From: an uncultured Desulfobacterales bacterium
GTDB taxonomy: Bacteria; Desulfobacterota; Desulfobacteria; Desulfobacterales; CAJINA01
Length of the DNA: 64,000 nucleotides
Assembly: GCA_964636125.1 (NCBI GenBank)
Contig: CAZWPX010000004.1
Coordinates: forward strand, 7,241-71,240
Reading direction: 5' to 3'
The translations under genes and the position numbers were made by a program. Shown here piece by piece: positions 29,989-39,544 of this stretch; positions within the stretch are counted from its first letter, which is position 1, and each line of letters begins with the position of its first letter. Under the pieces are notes generated by a model. The model was not told the DNA's origin. It saw nothing but the letters and a program-made list of their open reading frames with translations, and ran no database searches.

Positions 29989-30036
29989 TTGACAGTTGAT
30001 TTAAAATGAGATTTATAATGGTTTAACCATTATAAA
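29989..30036 (+). promoter_or_regulatory. promoter with perfect palindromic operator (FadR/GntR-like)
   Basis: TTGACA at 29989 and TATAAT at 30014 (19-bp spacer, long); perfect 12-1-12 palindrome TTTATAATGGTT-T-AACCATTATAAA at 30012-30036. Confidence 0.75.
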
Positions 30037-30135
30037 AGAACAGCCGTGCCGGGCCGTGTCCATCGGGGCGTCTTTGCGCCGCCTGCGGGCCTGCTCCGGG
30101 TGCATTTACCGAAACAGCAAGCGTGGATGTCTTAT

Positions 30136-32235
30136 ATGAACCAGAAGCGAATTGAGCATCATCCGGTTTTAGCGCAGCCGGAGCGAAAATCAGTGACTTT
30201 CAGCTGGAACGGGCGGGATCTTAGCGGGTTTGAAGGTGAAATGATCTCCTCGGCCCTGTTTGCCAACGGTGTCCAGGTTTTTGGCCGCCACCACAAGGAC
30301 CGCAGCCCCCAGGGGATGTTTTGCGCCAATGGGCAGTGTTCGCAATGCCTGGTAATTGTCGACGGCCTGCCGGTGAAATCCTGCATGACCCCTCTGGCCG
30401 CGGGGGCGCAGGTTGAGCCCGTGGACGGTCTTCCGCAGATACCGGCCCAGGACGATCAGATTGAATTGGGTGACGTGTTGACCCGGACGACGGATGTACT
30501 CATCATTGGGGGCGGACCGGCGGGACTTTCAGCGGCCGTTGAGCTCGGCAAGCTGGGCATCGAAACCCTGGTCGTGGATGACAAGGATCGCCTGGGGGGC
30601 AAACTGGTTTTGCAGACCCACAAGTTTTTTGGTTCCGTTGAAGATTCGTATGCCGGTACCCGGGGCTACCGGATTGCCCAACTGCTGGAAGAGCAGCTCG
30701 AGCACTATCCGTGCGTGCGGGTCTGGCTCGAAGCCACCGCGGTGGGTGTGTTTTCCGACCGGATTGTCGGTATTGTGAAAGGCAGCCGGTACCACAAGAT
30801 CAGGTCCCGGAAACTGCTGGTGGCCACCGGCGCCAGGGAGAAGATGCTCTCTTTTCCCGGAAACACCCTGCCGGGCGTATACGGCGCCGGTGCTTTCCAG
30901 ACCCTGGTGAATCGTGATCTGGTTAAGTGTTCGGATCGGGTCTTAATTGTCGGCGGAGGCAACGTCGGGTTGATTGCCGGTTATCACGCGATCCAGGCGG
31001 GCATAGAGGTTGCCGCCCTGATTGAAGCCCTGCCGGCGGTAGGGGGGTACAAGGTCCATGCTGATAAACTGTTGCGGTTGGGAGTCCCCATTTATACCGG
31101 GCACACTGTGGTGTCGGCCAACGGTTCCGACCGGGTGGAATCGGTCACCATCGCGAAACTGGACAGTGACTGGCGCCAGGTCCCCGGCACCCGGCGTACG
31201 TTTGAAGTCGATACGGTCTTGATTGCCGTCGGCCTGTCCAGGGTAGATGAATTTTACTTCAAGGCCAGGCAGTGGGGCATGGATGTCTACGCTGCCGGGG
31301 ATGCACAGGAAATTGCCGAGGCCTCCGCCGCCATGTTTACCGGAAAAATAGAGGGCCTGAAAATTGCAAAAGCCCTCGGTCGGTTCGGTGGCGAAATTCC
31401 GCCCCAGTGGGATGAGAAAGCCCGGGTCCTCAAGTCAAAGCCGGGCGTTCCGGTGACCAGAGAGCTGGGCGGACCCGAAAATGGGGTGCGGCCGGTGTTT
31501 CACTGTTTTCAGGAAGTGCCCTGCAACCCTTGTACATCAGTTTGTCCTGAAAATATCATCAAAACGGACCAAGATGAGATCACCGGGCTGCCCTATTGCA
31601 GTGATGCCGACGCCTGCCAGGGCTGTATGGCGTGTGCCGCCATATGCCCGGGGCTGGCCATTACCATGGTGGACTACCGCAAGGATCCTGAGCACCCGGT
31701 GGTGACGCTGCCCTACGAAATCTGGCGGGACCGGGTTGAGAAGGGGCAGACCATCGAGGTGACCGACGATGGCGGGGCGGTGCTCGCCGCGGTTCCGGTT
31801 AAGCGGGTGGTGGCCAACCGGAAAAAATATCCGGGTACCCTGCTGGTCCAGGTCCGGGTGCCCGTGGCGATTGCCACGCGGGTTATCGGTATTCGCATAC
31901 AGGCGGAACTTGCAGCTGAACCGGCGGAACTGTACACCCGCGAGCCGCTGCCGGATGAAGCCGTGATCTGCCGGTGTGAGCGGATAACGGCTGGAGAAAT
32001 ACGGGCGGCCATTGCCGGCGGCGTCCGGGACATGAATCAGCTCAAGGCCCTGAATCGGGCCGGAATGGGGGCCTGCGGGTCGAAAACATGCCGGACCATG
32101 ATCTGGCGGATTTTTCAGGAAGAGGGCGTTGACTTTGGTGAAGTGACCGACCGGGTGGACCGGCCGCTCTTTGTGGAAGTGCCCATGGGAATCCTGGCTG
32201 GTGCGGGTGGAGGTGCAGATGATGGATGCATATGA
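30136..32235 (+). CDS. multidomain FAD/Fe-S oxidoreductase (sarcosine oxidase alpha / proline dehydrogenase / HcnAB-like fusion)
   Basis: [2Fe-2S] FCANGQCSQC...KSC; GGGPAG and GGGNVG Rossmann motifs; 2x[4Fe-4S] CNPCTSVCP and CQGCMACAAICP; BFD-like ICRCE...GACGSKTC. Confidence 0.85.
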   Translation: MNQKRIEHHPVLAQPERKSVTFSWNGRDLSGFEGEMISSALFANGVQVFGRHHKDRSPQGMFCANGQCSQCLVIVDGLPVKSCMTPLAAGAQVEPVDGLPQIPAQDDQIELGDVLTRTTDVLIIGGGPAGLSAAVELGKLGIETLVVDDKDRLGGKLVLQTHKFFGSVEDSYAGTRGYRIAQLLEEQLEHYPCVRVWLEATAVGVFSDRIVGIVKGSRYHKIRSRKLLVATGAREKMLSFPGNTLPGVYGAGAFQTLVNRDLVKCSDRVLIVGGGNVGLIAGYHAIQAGIEVAALIEALPAVGGYKVHADKLLRLGVPIYTGHTVVSANGSDRVESVTIAKLDSDWRQVPGTRRTFEVDTVLIAVGLSRVDEFYFKARQWGMDVYAAGDAQEIAEASAAMFTGKIEGLKIAKALGRFGGEIPPQWDEKARVLKSKPGVPVTRELGGPENGVRPVFHCFQEVPCNPCTSVCPENIIKTDQDEITGLPYCSDADACQGCMACAAICPGLAITMVDYRKDPEHPVVTLPYEIWRDRVEKGQTIEVTDDGGAVLAAVPVKRVVANRKKYPGTLLVQVRVPVAIATRVIGIRIQAELAAEPAELYTREPLPDEAVICRCERITAGEIRAAIAGGVRDMNQLKALNRAGMGACGSKTCRTMIWRIFQEEGVDFGEVTDRVDRPLFVEVPMGILAGAGGGADDGCI

Positions 32236-33373
32236 TGTCATAATAGTGGGTGCCGGTTCCCTGGGGGTCCCTACTGCGATGGCCCTTGGGCAGGTCGGGG
32301 CCCGGGTACTGGTGGTGGATGCCAAGCCATCTCCCGGCCAGGGCGAAAACAAACACGCTATCGGCGGTATCCGGGCCACTCATTCCACCCCGGGCAAAAT
32401 CCTTTGCGGACTGCGATCACTGGAAATCTTTTCTACCTGGCAGCCTGCCCATGGCGATGACATCGAGTGGCAAAAAGGCGGCTACCTCTTCCCGGTTTAT
32501 CGACCCCAGGAGGAAAATGCCTTGAAGCGCATCCTGCCCATCCAAAAACAATACGGCCTCAAGATTAAGTATGTCGGGCCCGAGGTGGTTGTTGCGCAGA
32601 TACCGGGGATCGTGACCACCGGCCTGAAAGGCGGAACCTTTTCCCCGGACGATGGTTCCGCCTCACCCCTGCTGGCCATCAACGCGTTTTACCGCCAGGC
32701 CCTGGTGCATGGGGTCACCTTCCGGTTCAAAGAGAAGATACACAGGCTGATCACCCGCCGCGGTCGGGTGACCGGGATTGAAACTGACCTTGGCAAAGTT
32801 GAGGCCCCGGTGGTTGTGGATGCCGCGGGCGCCTATTCAAGGCCATTGGGAAAAACGGCCGGGATCGACATACCAGTTATTCCGGATTCCCACGAAGGCG
32901 CTATCACCGAGCCGGTGCAGCCCTTTTTTAAAACCATGGTGGTGGACTTGCGCCCCGGTGAAGGTTCCTTGAACTACTATTTTTACCAGAACCGGCATGG
33001 ACAGGTGGTTTTCTGCATCACGCCCGATCCGCCAATCGTAGGCACCGATCACCGGGAGACCTCGGTCTTTTTACCCCAGGTTTGCCGACGGATGGTGTCC
33101 CTGGTCCCCCGGCTGAAAAATATCAGGGTACGTCGGGTCTGGCGAGGTCTTTACCCCATGTCACCGGACGGGGCTCCGCTGGTGGGCTGGAACGGTCGCA
33201 TCAACGGTCTTTTTCATGTGACCGGCATGTGTGGACAGGGCTATATGCTCGGACCCGGGATCGGTGAGGTAGCCGCCCGGGAGATCACAGGCAGTCCCCG
33301 TGACGGGGATGAGGTGATTCTGAAAGAGTTCTCTCCGGAGCGGCACTTTGGCGGGGAGGAAGCACTCAAGTAG
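32219..33373 (+). CDS. DAO-family FAD-dependent amino-acid oxidoreductase (sarcosine oxidase beta / proline dehydrogenase beta-like)
   Basis: IIVGAGSLG, VVDAAGAYS, WRGLYPMSPDG, GMCGQGYMLGP; overlaps the upstream gene; GGAGG SD. Confidence 0.85.
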   Translation: MMDAYDVIIVGAGSLGVPTAMALGQVGARVLVVDAKPSPGQGENKHAIGGIRATHSTPGKILCGLRSLEIFSTWQPAHGDDIEWQKGGYLFPVYRPQEENALKRILPIQKQYGLKIKYVGPEVVVAQIPGIVTTGLKGGTFSPDDGSASPLLAINAFYRQALVHGVTFRFKEKIHRLITRRGRVTGIETDLGKVEAPVVVDAAGAYSRPLGKTAGIDIPVIPDSHEGAITEPVQPFFKTMVVDLRPGEGSLNYYFYQNRHGQVVFCITPDPPIVGTDHRETSVFLPQVCRRMVSLVPRLKNIRVRRVWRGLYPMSPDGAPLVGWNGRINGLFHVTGMCGQGYMLGPGIGEVAAREITGSPRDGDEVILKEFSPERHFGGEEALK

Positions 33374-33468
33374 CCCCGGGCAGCATGTACGGCGCTGGCT
33401 GGACACAGAAATCGCGGCAGGTGCCATTTTTTCGTACCGGGCGGCGGGCGTTCGTGGTATGGAATGAA

Positions 33469-33540
33469 CTATGTTCAGCGTTCCCCGTTCAGAGGTTAAA
33501 CTCAGGAACCAGAACACTGAACACGGAACGCCGAACATAG
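33469..33540. repeat. hairpin built from heptamer repeats
   Basis: CTATGTTCAGCGTTCCCCGTTCAG pairs with CTGAACACGGAACGCCGAACATAG; 7-nt periodic GTTC/GAAC units. Confidence 0.7.
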
Positions 33541-33565
33541 ACCTAACTTTCAAGGAGTAGATAAT

Positions 33566-35707
33566 ATGGCAGAATTAGAAACAACCACCCTGAAAAAACT
33601 GACTTACCAGCGGCCGACGATTGCAAAGGGTTACGCCAACCAGACCCTGCATGTCAATCTTTCCGATGCGGCCATAGCCATCGAACCCATATCCGCAGAT
33701 ATGAAAAACCTGTTTGTGGGCGGCAAAGGCTTCGACTTGTGGCTCTTATGGAATGCGGTCACCGGCAATACCCGCTGGAACGACCCTGAAAATGCCGTCT
33801 GTATCGCCAGCGGCCCCATGGGCGGTACGCCGGGGTATCCCGGTTCGGGGAAAAGTATTGTAACCGCCCTGTCGCCCCTGACCGGTTCCGTGGTGGATTC
33901 CAATGTCGGCGGGTATTTCGGTCCTTATCTCAAGTTTGCCGGGTTTGATGCCCTGGAGATTACCGGCAAGGCCGCCGGAGACACCGTTGTCCTGATTGAT
34001 GGCATCGCTGAAAAAATCGAAATTCTTGAGATGCCGGGCCTGACCGACGATTCCTACGCACTCTCCGCCCTCTTGACGGATCATTTCGGGCAGGGACAAA
34101 ATAGCCATATTTCAGTGGTTTCCAGCGGTCCCGGTGCAAAAAACACCCGATTCGGATGCCTGAATTTTACCTGGTATGACGGCAAGCGCAAGATGAGCCG
34201 TTACAAGCAGGCCGGCCGCGGCGGGCTCGGTTCGGTGTTTGCGGACAAGGGCATCAAGGCTGTCGTTGCACGCTGGGATTCGGTTTCCCTGAAAACCAAT
34301 AATCCGGATAATTTCGAAAACTTGAAAACAGTGCAGAAACTGTACGCCAAAGAGATCGTCACCCTGGATCCCAAACAGAACAAGATGGCGTCGATCGGGA
34401 CCACGCACCTTGTGCCGATTATGAATGATTTTGACCTGCTGCCCACCCATAATTTCAAATTCGGCCAGCATGTCGGCGGCAACCTCATCGGCAGTGAAGT
34501 TTTTCAGCACCTTTTTGACAAGGGGTTTGACGGGTGCTGGCGCGGCTGCACGGTGGCCTGTTCCCACGGCGTCAGGGATTTTGTACCGTTTACCGGTTCT
34601 TACCGGGGCCAGAAGGTATTCGTGGATGGGCCCGAGTATGAAACCATTGCCGGTTGCGGTTCAAACCTGGGCATTTTTGATCCTTCCACGATCCTGGAAA
34701 TGAATTTTTACTGTGACACCTATGGGCTGGATACCATTTCGGTGGGAACTTCCATTGCGTTTGTCATGGAGTGTTTCGAGATGGGGCAGATCACTACCGA
34801 ACATACCGGCGGCATGCAGCTGTACTTCGGCAATCGCCTGGAGGCCCTGGAACTGGTTCACCAGATGGCCCGGGGCGAGGGCTTCGGCGCCCTGGTGGGG
34901 CAAGGCATCCGGCGCATGAAAACACATTTTGCCCGGGAGTTCGGAGCAGCCGCAGATGTCCTCCAGGATATCGGTATGGAATCCAAAGGCCTCGAATTTT
35001 CAGAATATATGACCAAAGAGTCCCTGGCCCAGCAAGGTGGTTACGGGATGGCACTCAAAGGCGCCCAGCATGATGAGGCCTGGCTGATATTCCTGGATAT
35101 GGTTCATAACTTTATGCCCTCTTTTGAGCAGAAAGCGGAGGCGCTGCACTGGTTTCCCATGTTCCGGACCTGGTTCAGCCTCTGCGGTCTCTGCAAACTG
35201 CCCTGGAACGACATCGTACCCGAAGACAACAAGGACACGCCTGAGCCGGCCAAGGTAATGAAGCATGTAGATTGGTATGCGGACTATTTCACGGCGGTTA
35301 CCGGACGGCAGGTGGGAGCGGACGACCTGGTCGGTATGAGTGAATCGGTCTATAACTTCCAGCGTGTGTTTAACCTGAGAATGGGTTTCGGCCGCCGGCA
35401 GCACGACACGCTGCCTTACCGGGCGATGGGCCCGGTGACCGTTGAAGAATACGAATCCCGGGTGGAACGTTACGACAAGCAGCTGTTGGAAAAGCACGAT
35501 TTTGACCCCGCCGGCCTGCCCGTGGAAGAGCGGATGGCAGCTCTTAGAAAGTTTCGTGAGGACCAGTACGAGCAGCTCAAAGTGGCTGTTTATAAACGGC
35601 GCGGGTGGACTGAGGATGGTATTCCGACAGTGGCCACGGTGAAACGCCTGGGAATCGATTTCCCGGAAGTGCTGGCGGTGTTAGCTGAAAATGGGATCGA
35701 TGCATGA
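33566..35707 (+). CDS. aldehyde:ferredoxin oxidoreductase family (W/Mo-pterin)
   Basis: FVGGKG, SPLTG...DSNVGG, AGRGGLG, CWRGCTVAC, EYET, DTYGLDTIS, SLCGLC, YKRRGW. Confidence 0.9.
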   Translation: MAELETTTLKKLTYQRPTIAKGYANQTLHVNLSDAAIAIEPISADMKNLFVGGKGFDLWLLWNAVTGNTRWNDPENAVCIASGPMGGTPGYPGSGKSIVTALSPLTGSVVDSNVGGYFGPYLKFAGFDALEITGKAAGDTVVLIDGIAEKIEILEMPGLTDDSYALSALLTDHFGQGQNSHISVVSSGPGAKNTRFGCLNFTWYDGKRKMSRYKQAGRGGLGSVFADKGIKAVVARWDSVSLKTNNPDNFENLKTVQKLYAKEIVTLDPKQNKMASIGTTHLVPIMNDFDLLPTHNFKFGQHVGGNLIGSEVFQHLFDKGFDGCWRGCTVACSHGVRDFVPFTGSYRGQKVFVDGPEYETIAGCGSNLGIFDPSTILEMNFYCDTYGLDTISVGTSIAFVMECFEMGQITTEHTGGMQLYFGNRLEALELVHQMARGEGFGALVGQGIRRMKTHFAREFGAAADVLQDIGMESKGLEFSEYMTKESLAQQGGYGMALKGAQHDEAWLIFLDMVHNFMPSFEQKAEALHWFPMFRTWFSLCGLCKLPWNDIVPEDNKDTPEPAKVMKHVDWYADYFTAVTGRQVGADDLVGMSESVYNFQRVFNLRMGFGRRQHDTLPYRAMGPVTVEEYESRVERYDKQLLEKHDFDPAGLPVEERMAALRKFREDQYEQLKVAVYKRRGWTEDGIPTVATVKRLGIDFPEVLAVLAENGIDA

Positions 35708-35901
35708 TCACCGTGGACGGTAAAAAGCTAGCCTGGGAGCCTGAGATGACCGTTGCCAAACTGCTGGAACAGGTTGAAAAACCAGAGCAGTACGCGGTAA
35801 TACGACTCAACGGCAAGTTGGTTTCCCGGCCGAATTTCAAGGGTACGCCGGTTCCCGCCGGGGCTGAGGTAGTCCTGATTCCCATGATCGCCGGGGGTTG
35901 A
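35704..35901 (+). CDS. ThiS/MoaD-like sulfur carrier
   Basis: 65 aa, ubiquitin-like, ends IAGG; ATGA overlap with the AOR gene. Confidence 0.88.
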   Translation: MITVDGKKLAWEPEMTVAKLLEQVEKPEQYAVIRLNGKLVSRPNFKGTPVPAGAEVVLIPMIAGG

Positions 35902-35942
35902 TACCCCGGGCAGCGCCCGCATAACCGCGTTCACCCAGTCTG

Positions 35943-35986
35943 AAAAAGCCTTTCCGGGCAGCCGCCTGCTCCCGTAAAGGCTTTTT
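35943..35986 (+). terminator. intrinsic terminator
   Basis: AAAAAGCCTTT...AAAGGCTTTTT hairpin after the thiS-like gene. Confidence 0.7.
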
Positions 35987-36079
35987 GCCCCTGCGCTATA
36001 ACTGGTGAAAATCCTTGACTTACCTGCGAGAATTACTTAGTTTTTTAAACCAAGGAAACAGATAGAAGGATCATTTTAT

Positions 36080-36379
36080 ATGTTCGTTATTGGTAATTTT
36101 CTTTACGCGCTGGCTGTGGTTGTTGATTATGCACTGACAATTTACCTGTGGGTTGTGATTGCCCGGGCCGTTCTTTCCTGGGTGAGCCCGGACCCATACA
36201 ACCCAATTGTCCGGTTTATTCACAATGTGACCGAACCGGTGCTCTATCGGATTCGTCGCTTGCTGCCTTTCGATTTAGGCGGTATCGACATTTCTCCTAT
36301 CATTGTGATGATGGCAGTGATTTTCCTTCAAAAGTTTCTGGTCGGCAGTTTGGTGGGCCTGTCCCGTACAATGATGTGA
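36080..36379 (+). CDS. yggT: YggT-family membrane protein
   Basis: LSWVSPDPYNPIV, TEPVL, GGIDISPI. Confidence 0.93.
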   Translation: MFVIGNFLYALAVVVDYALTIYLWVVIARAVLSWVSPDPYNPIVRFIHNVTEPVLYRIRRLLPFDLGGIDISPIIVMMAVIFLQKFLVGSLVGLSRTMM

Positions 36380-36407
36380 CCGCTTGCCGGTCCAAAAGGT
36401 GCCTTAC

Positions 36408-36911
36408 ATGGATATCACCCCGCTTGACATACAGAATCGACAGTTTAAGGTTAAGTTCAGGGGCTTTGATGTAAAAGAGGTGGATGCTTTCCTGGAGCAG
36501 GTGGCGGAGACCGTCGGAACACTGGCGGAAAATGTTCAGCGCCTGGATCGGGCTCTTGAGCGCAGCCAGCGGGAAGTGAGCGCTTACCGGGAGCGCGAGG
36601 AGACCTTCAAAACCGCACTGGTAAATTCACAGACCGTCATGGAGCAGATGAAAGGTAATGCCAAGAAATCGGCGGACCTGATCATTGCAGATGCGGAGGT
36701 GAAAGCCGAAAAGCTGTTGCAGCGCGCACACAAAAGACTTTCTCAACTGCATGAAGACATCTCCGAACTCAAGCGGCAGCGGCAGCAGATTGAGTCGCAG
36801 ATACAGTCGATTATCGAAACACACACCAAAATCCTGGAAACCGGCAAAGAAGAAATGAAAGCTCATGACGAGCAGGATGATAGACTGCAGTTGTTAAATT
36901 TTCCAAGATAA
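36408..36911 (+). CDS. divIVA: DivIVA-domain protein
   Basis: ITPLDIQNRQFKVKFRGFDVKEVDAFL followed by coiled coil. Confidence 0.9.
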   Translation: MDITPLDIQNRQFKVKFRGFDVKEVDAFLEQVAETVGTLAENVQRLDRALERSQREVSAYREREETFKTALVNSQTVMEQMKGNAKKSADLIIADAEVKAEKLLQRAHKRLSQLHEDISELKRQRQQIESQIQSIIETHTKILETGKEEMKAHDEQDDRLQLLNFPR

Positions 36912-36923
36912 GCCTTTCCCGCA

Positions 36924-37111
36924 GAGGCTGTGTCAGAATGCCCAAATTGGTCTCAGGCTAAGGAAAGCGCAAATTTTCCCGAAGCGGGACTTCCCGCCTG
37001 ATTGATTACATTTGGTGGGTCGTATCCGAAGGAATACATTGAGTATTTCGAGGGTTTAAATTTCCGCCTGACCCCGGGATGGGGCCAAAGGGGGGATTGT
37101 GACACGGTCTC
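36924..37111. mobile_element. degenerate miniature inverted-repeat element
   Basis: Imperfect terminal inverted repeats GAGGCTGTGTCAGAAT / ATTGTGACACGGTCTC; GCA on both flanks; internal AATAC-attga-GTATT hairpin. Confidence 0.55.
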
Positions 37112-37225
37112 GCAGGACCCGTACAAAACAGAGTTGCCAGAAAGTGCCCGCCTTGCGTGCGGCCATGGTCAATACACATGCGTGGTCAACCCTTAAACCT
37201 TTCGGTTGAATTTGGGAGAATTTAA

Positions 37226-38308
37226 ATGGCAAAAATAGATGCGTTTTTCAAGCTGATGAATGAGCAGGGGGCTTCCGACCTCCACATGGTTTCCGGTCAG
37301 CCCCCCGCACTCCGGCTGATGGGAGAGATTGAAAGAATTAAATACAAGACCCTGACCAACGATGAACTCAAAGCCATGCTCTACGAAATCGCGCCGGAAG
37401 ACAAGGTCAAGGTTTTTGAAGAAACCGGGGATGTGGATTTTGGTTACGAGATTCCAGGCCTGGCCCGGTACCGGGCCAACTTTTTCATGCAAAAGTATGG
37501 CGTGGCCGCGGTTTTCAGGGAAATCCCCAGTACGATCCTGACGGCCGAGCAGCTCGGCCTGCCGCCAGTTATCTCCAAACTGGCCAGCCTGCCCAGGGGG
37601 CTTTGTGTGGTGACCGGTCCCACGGGCAGCGGCAAATCGACCACCCTGGCGGCGATCATAGACGTGGCCAATAAAACCCGCAAGGACCACATCATTACCG
37701 TTGAAGACCCGGTCGAATTTGTGCACAAGAGCCAGGCCTGCATCATCAACCACCGGGAAGTGGGGATGCACACGAAAACCTTCAGCGCGGCTTTAAAAGG
37801 GGCTCTGCGTGAAGACCCCGATGTTATTCTGGTGGGCGAAATGCGTGACCTGGAAACTATCTCCCTGGCCATTGAAGCCGCCTCCACCGGTCATCTGGTT
37901 TTCGGCACCCTGCATACCTCCAGCGCCATGAAAACCGTGGACCGGATTATCGAAGTCTTCCCGTCCAGCGAGCAGGCCCAGATTCGCAGCACCCTTTCCG
38001 ACGGCATCCGGGCGGTTGTGGCCCAGGTACTGTTTAAACGGATCGACAAGAAGGGCCGCGTACCGGCCATGGAAATCATGATTGCCACCTCGGCTGTCCG
38101 GAACCTGATCCGGGAAGGTAAAACCCACCAGATATCGTCATCGATTCAGACCGGGAAAAAATATGGTATGCAGCTGCTGGATGATGCCATTATGGATCAT
38201 TTGAATGCCGGCCGGATCGATCCGGATGAAGCCTATATGAAATCCAATGAGAAGGGACGCTTCAGGCCGTTTTTGAAAAACCCGCCCACGGATTTTACCG
38301 ACGCATAA
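37226..38308 (+). CDS. pilT: type IV pilus retraction ATPase PilT
   Basis: GASDLH, GPTGSGKSTT, TVEDPVE, ALREDPDVILVGEMRD, GTLHT, AVRNLIREGK. Confidence 0.93.
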   Translation: MAKIDAFFKLMNEQGASDLHMVSGQPPALRLMGEIERIKYKTLTNDELKAMLYEIAPEDKVKVFEETGDVDFGYEIPGLARYRANFFMQKYGVAAVFREIPSTILTAEQLGLPPVISKLASLPRGLCVVTGPTGSGKSTTLAAIIDVANKTRKDHIITVEDPVEFVHKSQACIINHREVGMHTKTFSAALKGALREDPDVILVGEMRDLETISLAIEAASTGHLVFGTLHTSSAMKTVDRIIEVFPSSEQAQIRSTLSDGIRAVVAQVLFKRIDKKGRVPAMEIMIATSAVRNLIREGKTHQISSSIQTGKKYGMQLLDDAIMDHLNAGRIDPDEAYMKSNEKGRFRPFLKNPPTDFTDA

Positions 38309-38359
38309 TATCCGGATGCCGCACAACCTGCCGGACCACCGGAGCAAAGGGGTACGACC

Positions 38360-39526
38360 ATGAGAAAACAGGAAGTTGATCACATACTGGCCCGCATGCT
38401 GGATTCCTTTGACAATGTGTCAGACCTGAATATCACCGCAGGCAAGGCTTTTCAGGTGGAAAGTTCGGGGCAATTGACACCGGTGGACATGCAGCCGGCG
38501 TTCACCGAATTGACCCCCTTCCAGACAGAAATTTTCTCCCTCAACCTGGTCAACCAGGATCGGCGGCTCACCGAGACCCTGCTGATCGAAGGGTCCTGCG
38601 ACTGCAGCTATGACCTGCCGGGCAAGGCCCGCTTTAGGGTCAATATCTTTTCCCAGTTGAGCAATTATTCGATTGTCCTTAGAAAACTTGAAAGCAAGAT
38701 TCCCACCATTACGGATATGCAGCTGCCGGGGCCGTTTTTGCAGATGGCCGAGGAGAAAAACGGGATTATTTTCATTACCGGTTCAACCGGCAGCGGTAAA
38801 ACAACCTCCCTGGCGGCGGTTTTAAATGAAGTCAATGAAACGAAATCCGTTCATATCGTGACTCTGGAAGATCCGGTGGAATACCAGCACCCGCACAAGA
38901 AATCCACCTTCAACCAGCGGGAAATGGGCAATGATTTTGACACTTTTGCCAGCGGTTTGCGGGCTGCCCTGCGCCAGGCGCCCAAGGTGATCCTGGTGGG
39001 GGAGATGCGTGACCGGGAGACGGTTGAAATCGGGCTCAGCGCCGCCGAGACCGGGCACCTGGTTTTAAGCACCCTGCATACCGTGGATGCCGGGCAGACC
39101 ATCAACCGTATCCTCGGCATGTTCCCTACAGAGGAGGAAAACCAGATCCGGATCAGGCTTGCCGACACGGTGCGCTGGATTGTGTGCCAGCGTCTGCTGC
39201 CCAAAGTGGGCGGCGGGCGGGCGGCTGCTTTTGAAATCATGGGCACCAATCTGCGGGTCAAGGACACCATTTTGCAGGGAGAATCGGAAGGCAAAACCTT
39301 TTATGAGATTATCGACGCCGGTGAAGCCTTCGGGATGACAACCTTTGATAAACATATTGTTGGGCTGTACAGAAAGGAATTGATTACCGAAGAGACAGCC
39401 ATGGCCTATGCGTCACGCCAGGGCATTGTGGGCCGGGGCCTGGATATGGTCAAGGCTGATCGCGGTGAAGCGACCACTGATATCGAAGACCTCCAGGTGG
39501 ATCGCACCTATGGCAAGAAAAAATGA
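38360..39526 (+). CDS. PilT/PilU-family ATPase paralog
   Basis: GSTGSGKTT, TLEDPVE, ALRQAPKVILVGEMRD, STLHT. Confidence 0.88.
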   Translation: MRKQEVDHILARMLDSFDNVSDLNITAGKAFQVESSGQLTPVDMQPAFTELTPFQTEIFSLNLVNQDRRLTETLLIEGSCDCSYDLPGKARFRVNIFSQLSNYSIVLRKLESKIPTITDMQLPGPFLQMAEEKNGIIFITGSTGSGKTTSLAAVLNEVNETKSVHIVTLEDPVEYQHPHKKSTFNQREMGNDFDTFASGLRAALRQAPKVILVGEMRDRETVEIGLSAAETGHLVLSTLHTVDAGQTINRILGMFPTEEENQIRIRLADTVRWIVCQRLLPKVGGGRAAAFEIMGTNLRVKDTILQGESEGKTFYEIIDAGEAFGMTTFDKHIVGLYRKELITEETAMAYASRQGIVGRGLDMVKADRGEATTDIEDLQVDRTYGKKK

Positions 39527-39544
39527 TAACCCGAGGAGCTGCTG

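Noticed and set aside
33469-33540. CRISPR array
   Set aside because: The 7-nt units have no unique spacers and no cas genes are present. No repeat-spacer array was seen anywhere in the window.
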